A stretch of 29,978 nt of DNA from Oligoflexus sp. (GTDB lineage Bacteria; Bdellovibrionota_B; Oligoflexia; Oligoflexales; Oligoflexaceae). The notes under the pieces are model-generated. The model made no database searches. It was not told the DNA's origin and saw nothing but the letters and a program-made list of their open reading frames with translations. How positions within the stretch are numbered: position 1 is the stretch's first letter; each line of letters begins with the position of its first letter. Positions 7,427 to 15,523 of the stretch are shown piece by piece. The translations under genes were made by a program, and so were the position numbers. The DNA lies in assembly GCA_041736305.1 (NCBI GenBank), contig JBGSTX010000110.1, forward strand, positions 1-29,978, read 5' to 3'.

Positions 7427-8829
7427 GAACGGCCGAAGTCTACATGAGCGGCGTCCTTGCTGGTTTGCTTGAAGAGATTGAAACGAAAAAAGGAACCTCT
7501 TACGCTTTCACCTACGACGAGGGCTATCGGGCTTCGAAAGGTATTCCACTCTCGGTCACGATGCCGACGACTATCGCCCGCTACGAATCGAAGGAACTCC
7601 ATAATTTTTTTAATGGGCTGATCCCGGAGGGTTGGCTTTTGAGTCTCGCTGCGCGAAAATTCGGTGTCAACACGAAGGATAGGATGGGCCTTCTCCTTTC
7701 CCTGTGCGAGCAAAACATCGGTGCAGCCGAGATCAAAAGCGATGTCGCTCAAAAGCTCTCCGCTCTTCAGATTGCTGGTGAGGAGATAACGACCATTCAG
7801 GTTGGTGAAAAGGAATATAAGATTCCAAGCCACGATGTTTGCCTTTCTTGTCTCTTGCCGCTAAAGAAAAGTGGTGAGAACCGCAACTATCACGAAGACT
7901 GCTCGATGCGGCTCTTTGGGTACGCCTGCCCTCCCCTACTAAAGCTTTCTCCCACGAACTTTGAAGAGCCTGCTGTGAAAAATCTTGCGCACAAATTATC
8001 TCTAACGGGTGTTCAAGCGAAATTTGCCGCCAGGATAAATTTCGAAGCCAACGGTGAAAAAGACCGGAGGACCTTCACCAGTTCGCCGGAATATATCTTC
8101 AAGCCTGAGCCAAAACATGAGGAAGGTGATCGAATCGACTATCGCGGGCTATCTAAGCTTGAGCAGTTTTCGCTTTCGCTCGCGAGACGCCTTGGAATTC
8201 CTACGGCCGAGTCAGGTCTCCTATACCTTGAGGGCCTTCACCCGGTCTTCATAACGAAGAGATTTGATCGACGGGATGGAGAGAAGATACACGCAGAAGA
8301 CTTCGCGCAGATCCTTGAAAGGACCTATGGCGATGACAAGTATACGGGTTCCATGGAGCAGATCTTCAAGGCTCTATCTGAGTATGCGAAGATCTATAAG
8401 ACTGCGAGTCTGGAAGCTCTGCTACGAGCTACCATCCTTAATTTCGTGCTCGGAAATTCTGACAATCATAATAAAAACTTTTCAATCATCATCGCTAAAG
8501 CAAAAACTGGAACGATCGAGGCCGCTATCTCGCCCTTTTACGATATCGTCCCAACGCTTATTTTCATGCCAGAAGATAAAGAAGAGTCAGCACTAACGAT
8601 CGGGGCGCGGAAAGTAAAAATCAATGCAGAGAATTTCCAAGGCCTTACGACACGAGTATCCGGGGGGCAAAAGATTTTGAGTAATTTCATCGAGAAGATC
8701 CGAGAAGAGCGAACTTTTATCGAAACGGCTCTCGATGGACTTGCCGTTCCGGCGGCAAAGAAGAAGGGGCTTCTTGCGCTTATGGACGAGCGGATCTCCC
8801 GCTTTGAAACAGACGACAAGAAGGCATGA
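7423..8829 (+). CDS. hipA: HipA-family Ser/Thr kinase toxin: couple_hipA (HipS-like) N-domain, CxxC/HxxC segment, HipA_C kinase
   Basis: N-domain LSVTMP, FFNGLIPEGW, IGA; CLSC...YHEDC; Gly-rich loop SLTGVQAK; RFDR, EDFAQ, GNSDNHNKNFS, SPFYD. Confidence 0.92.
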   Translation: MRTAEVYMSGVLAGLLEEIETKKGTSYAFTYDEGYRASKGIPLSVTMPTTIARYESKELHNFFNGLIPEGWLLSLAARKFGVNTKDRMGLLLSLCEQNIGAAEIKSDVAQKLSALQIAGEEITTIQVGEKEYKIPSHDVCLSCLLPLKKSGENRNYHEDCSMRLFGYACPPLLKLSPTNFEEPAVKNLAHKLSLTGVQAKFAARINFEANGEKDRRTFTSSPEYIFKPEPKHEEGDRIDYRGLSKLEQFSLSLARRLGIPTAESGLLYLEGLHPVFITKRFDRRDGEKIHAEDFAQILERTYGDDKYTGSMEQIFKALSEYAKIYKTASLEALLRATILNFVLGNSDNHNKNFSIIIAKAKTGTIEAAISPFYDIVPTLIFMPEDKEESALTIGARKVKINAENFQGLTTRVSGGQKILSNFIEKIREERTFIETALDGLAVPAAKKKGLLALMDERISRFETDDKKA

Positions 8830-8875
8830 AATTCGGAAAATGGTCTCAGCTGTAAGGCTATATTGGAAGGAAGAC

Positions 8876-8951
8876 TGGTGGAGGTTAGGAGAGTTGAACT
8901 CCTGACCTATACAATGCCATTGTATCGCTCTACCAACTGAGCTAAACCCCC
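8876..8951 (-). tRNA. tRNA-Ala (anticodon GGC)
   Basis: Reverse complement is GGGGGTTTAGCTCAGTTGGTAGAGCGATACAATGGCATTGTATAGGTCAGGAGTTCAACTCTCCTAACCTCCACCA: 76 nt cloverleaf, G3:U70 pair, encoded CCA. Confidence 0.97.
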
Positions 8952-8987
8952 ATAATACCTTCCGCTTTCACGAGAAGGTAAGGACGG

Positions 8988-9016
8988 TTTATGCTCGAAT
9001 CCGAAATCCTTGTCAA
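8988..9016 (-). promoter_or_regulatory. Putative tRNA promoter
   Basis: Consensus TTGACA (9016-9011), N17, then a weak -10 CATAAA. Confidence 0.45.
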
Positions 9017-9104
9017 CTTTTTTCCAGAGCCTTGCCAGCGAAGCCAAGCTCTTCTACGATGAAGCCTTTGCACAGCAGCTTTTGAGAGGAGAAGAAGAGT
9101 GTCA

Positions 9105-10343
9105 ATGCCCCTTCGCCAAGAAAAACTGAAGTCGCTTATCCTACTAGGTTCCATACTGGCCATACTCGGCCTGGGAATTAGCTTCTATTCCCTCTTCCAT
9201 CACCTTGAGCTCAAATCCAAGGGCGACACGAGCTTCATGTGCAACATCAACGACTCTTTCAGCTGCGACGACGTCGCAAATAGCCGCTTCGCCGAAGACC
9301 CCTGGCGGAATCCGCTGGGGATATATGGCATCGGCTATTTTCTCGGCCTTTTTGTCCTTCTAATGATCGCTCGGCTTAAAGCGGAACTACAAAAAGAGTC
9401 TCTCCAAACCTACGCACTTATGGTTGGGATCGGAGTCATAGTCTCTCTCACTCTTGGAGGGATCTCTCATTTCGTGATTGGCAAGCTGTGCCCGAGTTGC
9501 ATCGGAATCTATGGCGTCACGATCCTGCAGGCCTTTATTCTCTTTTTCTGCCGCGGAGGTATACCAGGCCCTTTTGCCTTCAAAAATATCAGCAATGGTT
9601 CGTGGTACGCACTGCTTGCTCTAGCTGTATCTATCGCGCTCTTTCAGCTTATGAAGCCAAGTACCTCTCCTCAGCTTACCCTCGATCTCCCTAAACCTTC
9701 GAGCAGCAGCACTACGCCCGCCCCCGAAGGGAAAGCTCGCGTCACGCCCCTCGACTCACTTGATGCGCAAGCAGCCCCAGCTATCAAAATAGACGCCTCA
9801 CCCTATAGCGGACTCGGCGAAGACTTTCGTAAAGGTTCCGACGACGCCAAAGTGAAAATCGTTGAGTTCGCCGACTTCCAGTGCCCTGCCTGCGCCACAG
9901 CCTCTAAGGCTTTACGTCAACTGGGCGCAGAATTTGGAGATAGAATCCAGATTGTCTTCAAGTCCTATCCACTCGACAAAGCCTGCAATCCTGGCATGCA
10001 GAGCGCGCTTCACCCTTTTGCTTGTGAGGCCGCGATCATGGTGCGTTGTGCCGGAAATATTGGAAGGTTTTGGGAGATGCACGACCAACTTTTCGATAAT
10101 CAGTCGCGTATTGAATCCAGCCGCATCACGGCTTGGGCCAAAGATTTAGGCCTCACGGATGCGCAGATTCAGCAGTGCAAAAATTCTAAAGACATTATCG
10201 CCAAGATCCAAGATGATATCAGGCAGGCCAATGAGGCCGGTTTGACGGGGACGCCGACGATCTTCTTCAACGGTCGGAAGTACCATGGTCCTGCAAATGC
10301 CGACGAAATGCGTGCGGTTGTCCAGGCCCTCTTGGAAGGCTGA
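9105..10343 (+). CDS. Vitamin K epoxide reductase (VKOR)-DsbA/thioredoxin fusion
   Basis: TM helices with CNINDSFSC loop and CPSC; Pro/Ser linker; EFADFQCPAC and GTPTIFFNG. Confidence 0.9.
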   Translation: MPLRQEKLKSLILLGSILAILGLGISFYSLFHHLELKSKGDTSFMCNINDSFSCDDVANSRFAEDPWRNPLGIYGIGYFLGLFVLLMIARLKAELQKESLQTYALMVGIGVIVSLTLGGISHFVIGKLCPSCIGIYGVTILQAFILFFCRGGIPGPFAFKNISNGSWYALLALAVSIALFQLMKPSTSPQLTLDLPKPSSSSTTPAPEGKARVTPLDSLDAQAAPAIKIDASPYSGLGEDFRKGSDDAKVKIVEFADFQCPACATASKALRQLGAEFGDRIQIVFKSYPLDKACNPGMQSALHPFACEAAIMVRCAGNIGRFWEMHDQLFDNQSRIESSRITAWAKDLGLTDAQIQQCKNSKDIIAKIQDDIRQANEAGLTGTPTIFFNGRKYHGPANADEMRAVVQALLEG

Positions 10344-10354
10344 AAGGCTGTTCA

Positions 10355-11152
10355 ATGCGAATACTTTTCGAACACGACTATCAACAAAAAATTATGACCC
10401 AGACCTTTGAAGAGACCACCGTCTTCAGCGGCGAGGGTGACGTGATGCAGTGGCGCCAGCTTTGGCTCGACGCCCTCAAATCCTGGCATTCCCCCTATAA
10501 GGCGCTGATCGACGGTCGCCTCCTGCAACTCGCTAGCGGTGCCGACCACCAGGCCATCGCTGGCAGTTTCAAACGCATGGAAAAGGTACTGAGTGGATTT
10601 TTTCTGAAAAACGCCGTGGTCTTCGGTTGCGACCCCGAATTTGCCGCGCTGCTGCCCTTCGATTCGTTCGCTCAGGAGGAGCAGGCCTGGCAAAGCCTAG
10701 GGCTTCGCAAAGCTCGCGCGCCGCTTGAAGCCACTGATTTTCGATCTAGCATTCAGCTGCAGAATCACTTTCGCCAGCACGTTGTCGAAATGAGCTTTAT
10801 CGGTGAAGCCAATATCGATACGCCTGAGAAGCTGGGCGTTCTCAGAAGCAAGCTCACGAACAACCTCATGCAATGGCACTCAGGCTGGAATCTTCTCATC
10901 GACTGCTCGGGCCTTAAAATCGATCCTGCTCTGTTTACTCAGTTCGAGTTGATGCTGCGCTTTTTCCAGGGTTTCTTTCTCAAAGAAGTCCTTGGGTATG
11001 GCGCCCTCAATAAAGAGCTGACTTATCCCTTCCAAGTCTACCGCGCCCGACATAACGCGGCGGGACGGCTCGAGGCCGAGGGTCTCTTTTCGGGCGAAGA
11101 CGCAAACTGTCGCACTCGGGATAGCAAAAGCAAGAGCAAAAGTGCCACTTAA
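10355..11152 (+). CDS. Hypothetical protein with an internally duplicated ~130 aa domain
   Basis: 265 aa ORF 11 bp after the VKOR gene; repeats WHSPYKALID/WHSGWNLLID and GFFLK/GFFLK. Confidence 0.8.
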   Translation: MRILFEHDYQQKIMTQTFEETTVFSGEGDVMQWRQLWLDALKSWHSPYKALIDGRLLQLASGADHQAIAGSFKRMEKVLSGFFLKNAVVFGCDPEFAALLPFDSFAQEEQAWQSLGLRKARAPLEATDFRSSIQLQNHFRQHVVEMSFIGEANIDTPEKLGVLRSKLTNNLMQWHSGWNLLIDCSGLKIDPALFTQFELMLRFFQGFFLKEVLGYGALNKELTYPFQVYRARHNAAGRLEAEGLFSGEDANCRTRDSKSKSKSAT

Positions 11153-11219
11153 GGCTTGGTCACGGCTCGCCTTCGAGCTATAAGAGCAGCGGTCGTATCG
11201 CTAGATTGGGAGAAAACTT

Positions 11220-11531
11220 GTGCAGCCTGTAGAGCTTTATGCCGTCCAGAACTCCTTGATCCTCCGTGCACGGGGAGTTGAACTACTCGTCTTGCCAGGT
11301 CACGTCGAGCAGTTGAAAGATCTAAAAGACACCAAAGCATTCGCTGAATATTTCTTGAAGAAGGCGATGGTCAACCGCTCAGCGCGTAAGCTTTTCGAAG
11401 CCTGGCTTCGCAAAGACACTACTCTCTGGCGTCGTATCTATCACTCGGTGATGCACGACTTTGAGGAAAAGACCGAAGGAACTGAGGTCGTTCCAGCCTC
11501 GGCGCCAGCCGTCGCCGAAGAGACCCGTTAA
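11220..11531 (+). CDS. Hypothetical protein
   Basis: GGGAG RBS before GTG; protein-like composition; co-directional with neighbours. Confidence 0.7.
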   Translation: MQPVELYAVQNSLILRARGVELLVLPGHVEQLKDLKDTKAFAEYFLKKAMVNRSARKLFEAWLRKDTTLWRRIYHSVMHDFEEKTEGTEVVPASAPAVAEETR

Positions 11532-11595
11532 ATTCCCAAGCTTTTTGCCGATAGAGAAAGAGGACTTTTTCCCCTACTTTGTCGGCCGAGGCTTT

Positions 11596-11871
11596 ATGAT
11601 ACGTAAGTATCTGATTTGTGGAAAAAAACAGCTGTATCTTCAAAGTAAGAATATCGAAGCTTACCAGGAAGTGGGACGCGTCGTCGAGCTGCTGATACCA
11701 ATCAAAGACTTCTGGCAGCTGGAGCAGATGATCAAAGATGTGAACTACCTGGTGGCAGCTGGTGAGCCTCAGACTGAAGTGGTTTCATCCTATAGAAAAG
11801 TGCTTTTAGGCTCGGCGCGTTTCGCTGTGAAAGAATTGGACCGGCTCTGGCTTTATGGACGAAAGACCTGA
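11596..11871 (+). CDS. Hypothetical protein
   Basis: GAGG RBS before ATG 11596 (MIRKYLICG...); overlaps the gmhB start. Confidence 0.65.
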   Translation: MIRKYLICGKKQLYLQSKNIEAYQEVGRVVELLIPIKDFWQLEQMIKDVNYLVAAGEPQTEVVSSYRKVLLGSARFAVKELDRLWLYGRKT

Positions 11872-12418
11872 AAAACCTGCGGCTTTTCTCGATCGCGATG
11901 GAGTACTCAACCGCGATCACGGCTACGTTTATAAACCCGCAGATCTAGAGATCCTTCCCGGTGTTTTTGAAGGCCTACGCCTCCTCAAAGCACGTGGCTA
12001 CTGGCTCATCGTCATTACCAATCAATCAGGTATCGCCCGCGGCCTCTTCTCGCTGGCAGAGCTTGAAACTTTCCATCGTTCTTTAGACGGGCAGATCAAA
12101 GCTGCATTAGGTTTTGGGCTCGATGCTTATTACTTTTGCCCTCATCATCCCCAGGGCAGTGTGCCTGCCTTTGCTGTCGATTGCGCTTGTCGCAAACCAA
12201 AACCGGGCCTACTTGAGCAGGCCGGCCTAGATTTTCCTATCGACTGGACGCGAAGTGTTTTGCTCGGCGATAAGCCCTCTGATATCGACTGCGCCGAGGC
12301 GCAAGGCATAAAAGGAGTGCAGATAGTTAACGAGCAGTATGCGCGACACCGGCAGCCTGCGGGGTCATTATCGTCTCTCAAAGACCTCGGGCCTTTGCTC
12401 GACGTGCTCTGGACCTGA
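11855..12418 (+). CDS. gmhB: D-glycero-D-manno-heptose 1,7-bisphosphate phosphatase (HAD IIIA)
   Basis: FLDRDGVLN, ITNQSGIARG, CPHHP, CACRKPKPG, GDKPSD. Confidence 0.9.
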   Translation: MDERPEKPAAFLDRDGVLNRDHGYVYKPADLEILPGVFEGLRLLKARGYWLIVITNQSGIARGLFSLAELETFHRSLDGQIKAALGFGLDAYYFCPHHPQGSVPAFAVDCACRKPKPGLLEQAGLDFPIDWTRSVLLGDKPSDIDCAEAQGIKGVQIVNEQYARHRQPAGSLSSLKDLGPLLDVLWT

Positions 12419-12715
12419 TTATTTTGTACCGGCTTTATGTTCTTTAAACTTCTTCAGCAGTATCTTGATCCTTGGGCCGCATCGCTCACCCTGGCAGCCA
12501 CCCGTACCCGATCCGACCTTTTGATTAACTTCGGCCACTGTGTCACAGCCGGGTAGCCCATCCAAAACGCGCCCTAGAGAAATTCCCTTGCAGATGCAGA
12601 CGACTCGCGAGAGCTGCTTGATCCTTTCGCGGGCCTCCTCTTCGGGACTTAGCTTCACGCTGTCTGTGCCGTTGCCTTCCTCAACTAATGATGGGGGATC
12701 TTTGTCGGCAGGCAT
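12419..12715 (-). CDS. BFD-like (2Fe-2S)-binding protein
   Basis: VVCICKGI...GSGTGGCQGERC cysteine pattern. Confidence 0.8.
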   Translation of the reverse strand: MPADKDPPSLVEEGNGTDSVKLSPEEEARERIKQLSRVVCICKGISLGRVLDGLPGCDTVAEVNQKVGSGTGGCQGERCGPRIKILLKKFKEHKAGTK

Positions 12716-13380
12716 CAAGAAACTCCTCGCAGGTAAAGAAGCTTAAGCCAATCTAGCCAGCGAGCATCGATCGCTTGGAAGATGAGGGGCGTGGCGTTGC
12801 AGGCACTGTGAAAAATGATAGCTCCCCAGATAGATTTACCTCGCCAATATATAAGATCAGCGAAGAAAGCCAATAGAAAAGGTCCCAGCGGTGGCAGAGG
12901 AAGAATCCCATATGCGCTTTGAACGTCACCATGGGCCAGGGCAAAGATGAGACTCGTCAAGTAGATTCCCAAGAGTCTTCCCAGCCTCGACTGGAGAAAG
13001 GAGCTAAGACCAAAACGGAAAACTAATTCTTCGACTATGGGTACCCAAAAGACGAGACCTAGAACTGGCAATAGTTGAATTGGCTCAAGCTTGAAGAGGG
13101 GAGTTCCAAAAGATCGACTTACTAGTGCCAGTACTAGGGCACCGAGCGCTATTGATAGGCCAGGTCCAAGGACCCACATCGCTTTCCACTGACTATTTTC
13201 AAGCTTAAAACGCTGCCAGTTCTTAGTCAGCAAGCTGCCTGCGAGCAGAGAGTGAGCTATGGCGATGCTCAACCAAGGGTAAGCAGCTGGGGCTCGGAGG
13301 GCAAAGTAGAGATTTTGCAGCACAAAGCCGAGGATGAGGGAAAGCGAAAGCCAGAGCACGAGCTGCAAAAATTCCCGCAT
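12715..13380 (-). CDS. CPBP family intramembrane metalloprotease (CAAX/Abi)
   Basis: EELVFR, FALAH, HSACN motifs; multiple TM helices. Confidence 0.9.
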   Translation of the reverse strand: MREFLQLVLWLSLSLILGFVLQNLYFALRAPAAYPWLSIAIAHSLLAGSLLTKNWQRFKLENSQWKAMWVLGPGLSIALGALVLALVSRSFGTPLFKLEPIQLLPVLGLVFWVPIVEELVFRFGLSSFLQSRLGRLLGIYLTSLIFALAHGDVQSAYGILPLPPLGPFLLAFFADLIYWRGKSIWGAIIFHSACNATPLIFQAIDARWLDWLKLLYLRGVS

Positions 13381-13410
13381 AGCGTCCGACCTGACTGGAA
13401 AAGAGGAGGT

Positions 13411-14391
13411 TTATCCAGTTATTTTGTGGCCTACGCGGTGCTTTTTCAAGGTCTCAATGATGGTGGTGACGTCATTTTTCACGAAATAGCCGTTGGCTCC
13501 GGCTTTCTCTGCGAGGGCTTTGGAACCCATATCACCGAGTGAGGAATGCAGATAGATGGGCATGGAGCCGAACTTTGGATTGGCCCGAACCCGCGTGACC
13601 ATCGTGATGCCATCCATCTGCGGCATCTCGATATCGGTGACGATGGCCTGAATCGATCCATGAGGGCCAGATTCTTCCAGTATACTCACGGCTTCCAGGC
13701 CGTCGCGCGCGAGAACGACGCTAAAACCTGCCTGGGTTAGAGCTTTTGAAAGGTTGCTGAGGATCAAGTTCGAATCGTCGACCAAGAGTACGCCTAAGCC
13801 AGTGGCCGGTGCCGCAAACTGAGCTTGGGACTGGATTGGCTGGCGATAGTTAGCAGGATTTTCGCCAGCTGGCGATCCATGGGCCATACCTTCGAGTACA
13901 GCTATGATGGTTTCAAGATCGAGGATGAATAGGAACTCGTTGTCTTCGATCAGCATCATGCCAGTGATGGAGGAGGTGCTGTCCGTTGCCGGTGGCAAGA
14001 CCTTATCCCAGGTAACCCTGCGGATGCGATTGGTTGCGTGGACGATAAATCCGGCTCGCTTATGACTGAACTCGGTGACGATGATCTGCTGATCGTCACT
14101 GACCGAGCTATACTGATCACCGAGAACGGAACAAAGGTTGACGGCTGGAATGGGTATGCCCCGCAGCTCGAATATTCCGGCGATTCCAGGTACCCGGGAC
14201 GCCAAAGAATTTATTTTAGGCATTTGTACAACTTCGCGGACTTTAGCGACGTTGATCCCATAGGTTCCATGGATCTTTTCGCCCTGAGCCGTCTGCCTAA
14301 TAAGCGTAAACTCGATCAGCTCGAAATAGTTTCCACCAATTTCGATTTGGTTGTCGAATTCATCTAGATTGTCAGGTGAGCGTTTAAGCAT
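13411..14391 (-). CDS. cheV: Chemotaxis protein CheV (CheW plus receiver)
   Basis: YGINVAKVREV, LRG.PIP, IVTEFS; C-terminal VDDS, TDIEMPQMDG, HSS, K. Confidence 0.9.
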   Translation of the reverse strand: MLKRSPDNLDEFDNQIEIGGNYFELIEFTLIRQTAQGEKIHGTYGINVAKVREVVQMPKINSLASRVPGIAGIFELRGIPIPAVNLCSVLGDQYSSVSDDQQIIVTEFSHKRAGFIVHATNRIRRVTWDKVLPPATDSTSSITGMMLIEDNEFLFILDLETIIAVLEGMAHGSPAGENPANYRQPIQSQAQFAAPATGLGVLLVDDSNLILSNLSKALTQAGFSVVLARDGLEAVSILEESGPHGSIQAIVTDIEMPQMDGITMVTRVRANPKFGSMPIYLHSSLGDMGSKALAEKAGANGYFVKNDVTTIIETLKKHRVGHKITG

Positions 14392-14476
14392 CGGTCCTTA
14401 GCCTTTCGATCCGCATAGGCGGATGATCGGCAGTGGCCGATTAAACTTGAAGGGAAAGACATTTTCACGAGTAATT

Positions 14477-15271
14477 TTAGCTTGATGCAAGTATTTCTGC
14501 GAGCGTTGGATCGACGAGAAGCTCGGTCGCTTGAGTCTTGAAGAATGTCTCCAGCTGCTTTTTTTGCAGGTCACTCAGCTTAGCGAACTGAAGGCCGACT
14601 TCCCCTTTGGCGTTAGTCCAGGCTACCTTAGCCTTGATTTTAGCCTCAGTGGTGCCCTCAATAGCGGTCATTTTTTTACCAGCCCGCTCTTCGTCCTCGG
14701 ACGCCGGAATCAAAATAGACATTGTAAGTTCTTGGGCTTTTTTTACTTTGAGGGGGCCCTGAATTTTCACGCAGGCACCGCCTAGACTGATATTGAGCAC
14801 CTTGCCTGAAACCTTGGGTGCTCGCTTCCCTCTACCTGCGGCCTTGGCCACCAGCTGGGTCGTAAAGCCGGCGATGAAGCGTCTTTCCAGGCGGTGTTTA
14901 GCAAGCAGAAAGCGATCAATTTTTTCAGCTAAATTCTCGAAGTTGACCGGCTTAGCTATCCAAGCGCTAGCGTCGTTAAATGCGAAGAGAGTATCCTTTA
15001 TAGCCTGCTGCACCATATCGCTGGGATAAGCGGTAAGGAGGATGGGCCCATCGTAGACCTTCCGCATCGCTTCGACGAGAGCTGGTCCGTCCACGTCAGG
15101 TAGATCGAAATCTACTACGCAGAGGTCAGGACGCTTGGCGGTAAGGTACTCCAAGGCATCTTTGCCGTTAGTGGCTACGTCCACAACAGTTCCCGCGACC
15201 TTGTCTTTAAAAACTTCGGAGGTCATCACAAGACTCGGCTTGCAGGAATCGATGATTAAGACTGTGGTCAT
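14477..15271 (-). CDS. Response regulator receiver plus PilZ domain protein
   Basis: VVDFDLPDVDG, LLTA, KP; PilZ RxxxR (RLERR) and NISLGG. Confidence 0.85.
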   Translation of the reverse strand: MTTVLIIDSCKPSLVMTSEVFKDKVAGTVVDVATNGKDALEYLTAKRPDLCVVDFDLPDVDGPALVEAMRKVYDGPILLTAYPSDMVQQAIKDTLFAFNDASAWIAKPVNFENLAEKIDRFLLAKHRLERRFIAGFTTQLVAKAAGRGKRAPKVSGKVLNISLGGACVKIQGPLKVKKAQELTMSILIPASEDEERAGKKMTAIEGTTEAKIKAKVAWTNAKGEVGLQFAKLSDLQKKQLETFFKTQATELLVDPTLAEILASS

Positions 15272-15523
15272 ATTGCATTCCCCTTCTAGGCGATGAATAC
15301 AGACTGAGAGAGGACTTCAGTCAGGATCGTGTCTTGGACTGACAGCCTCTAAATTCATTATATGCAAGGGCCAGAAGAAAATTCTGCCTAGGGACCTTTG
15401 ATAGAATCAAAGTATTCCCGCAGCTCAATTCCTTTATCGGTAGCGGCAGGTCGGGATCTCGTAAGATCCTATTTAGACAAACTTTTCAATGTCTTAGAAA
15501 TTAGAAAAGGCACTGGAGTCGAT

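Noticed and set aside
5698..8829. BrnA and HipA both end in KKA (AAGAAGGCAT)
   Set aside because: A 10 bp match explained by a common C-terminal composition; no extended repeat.
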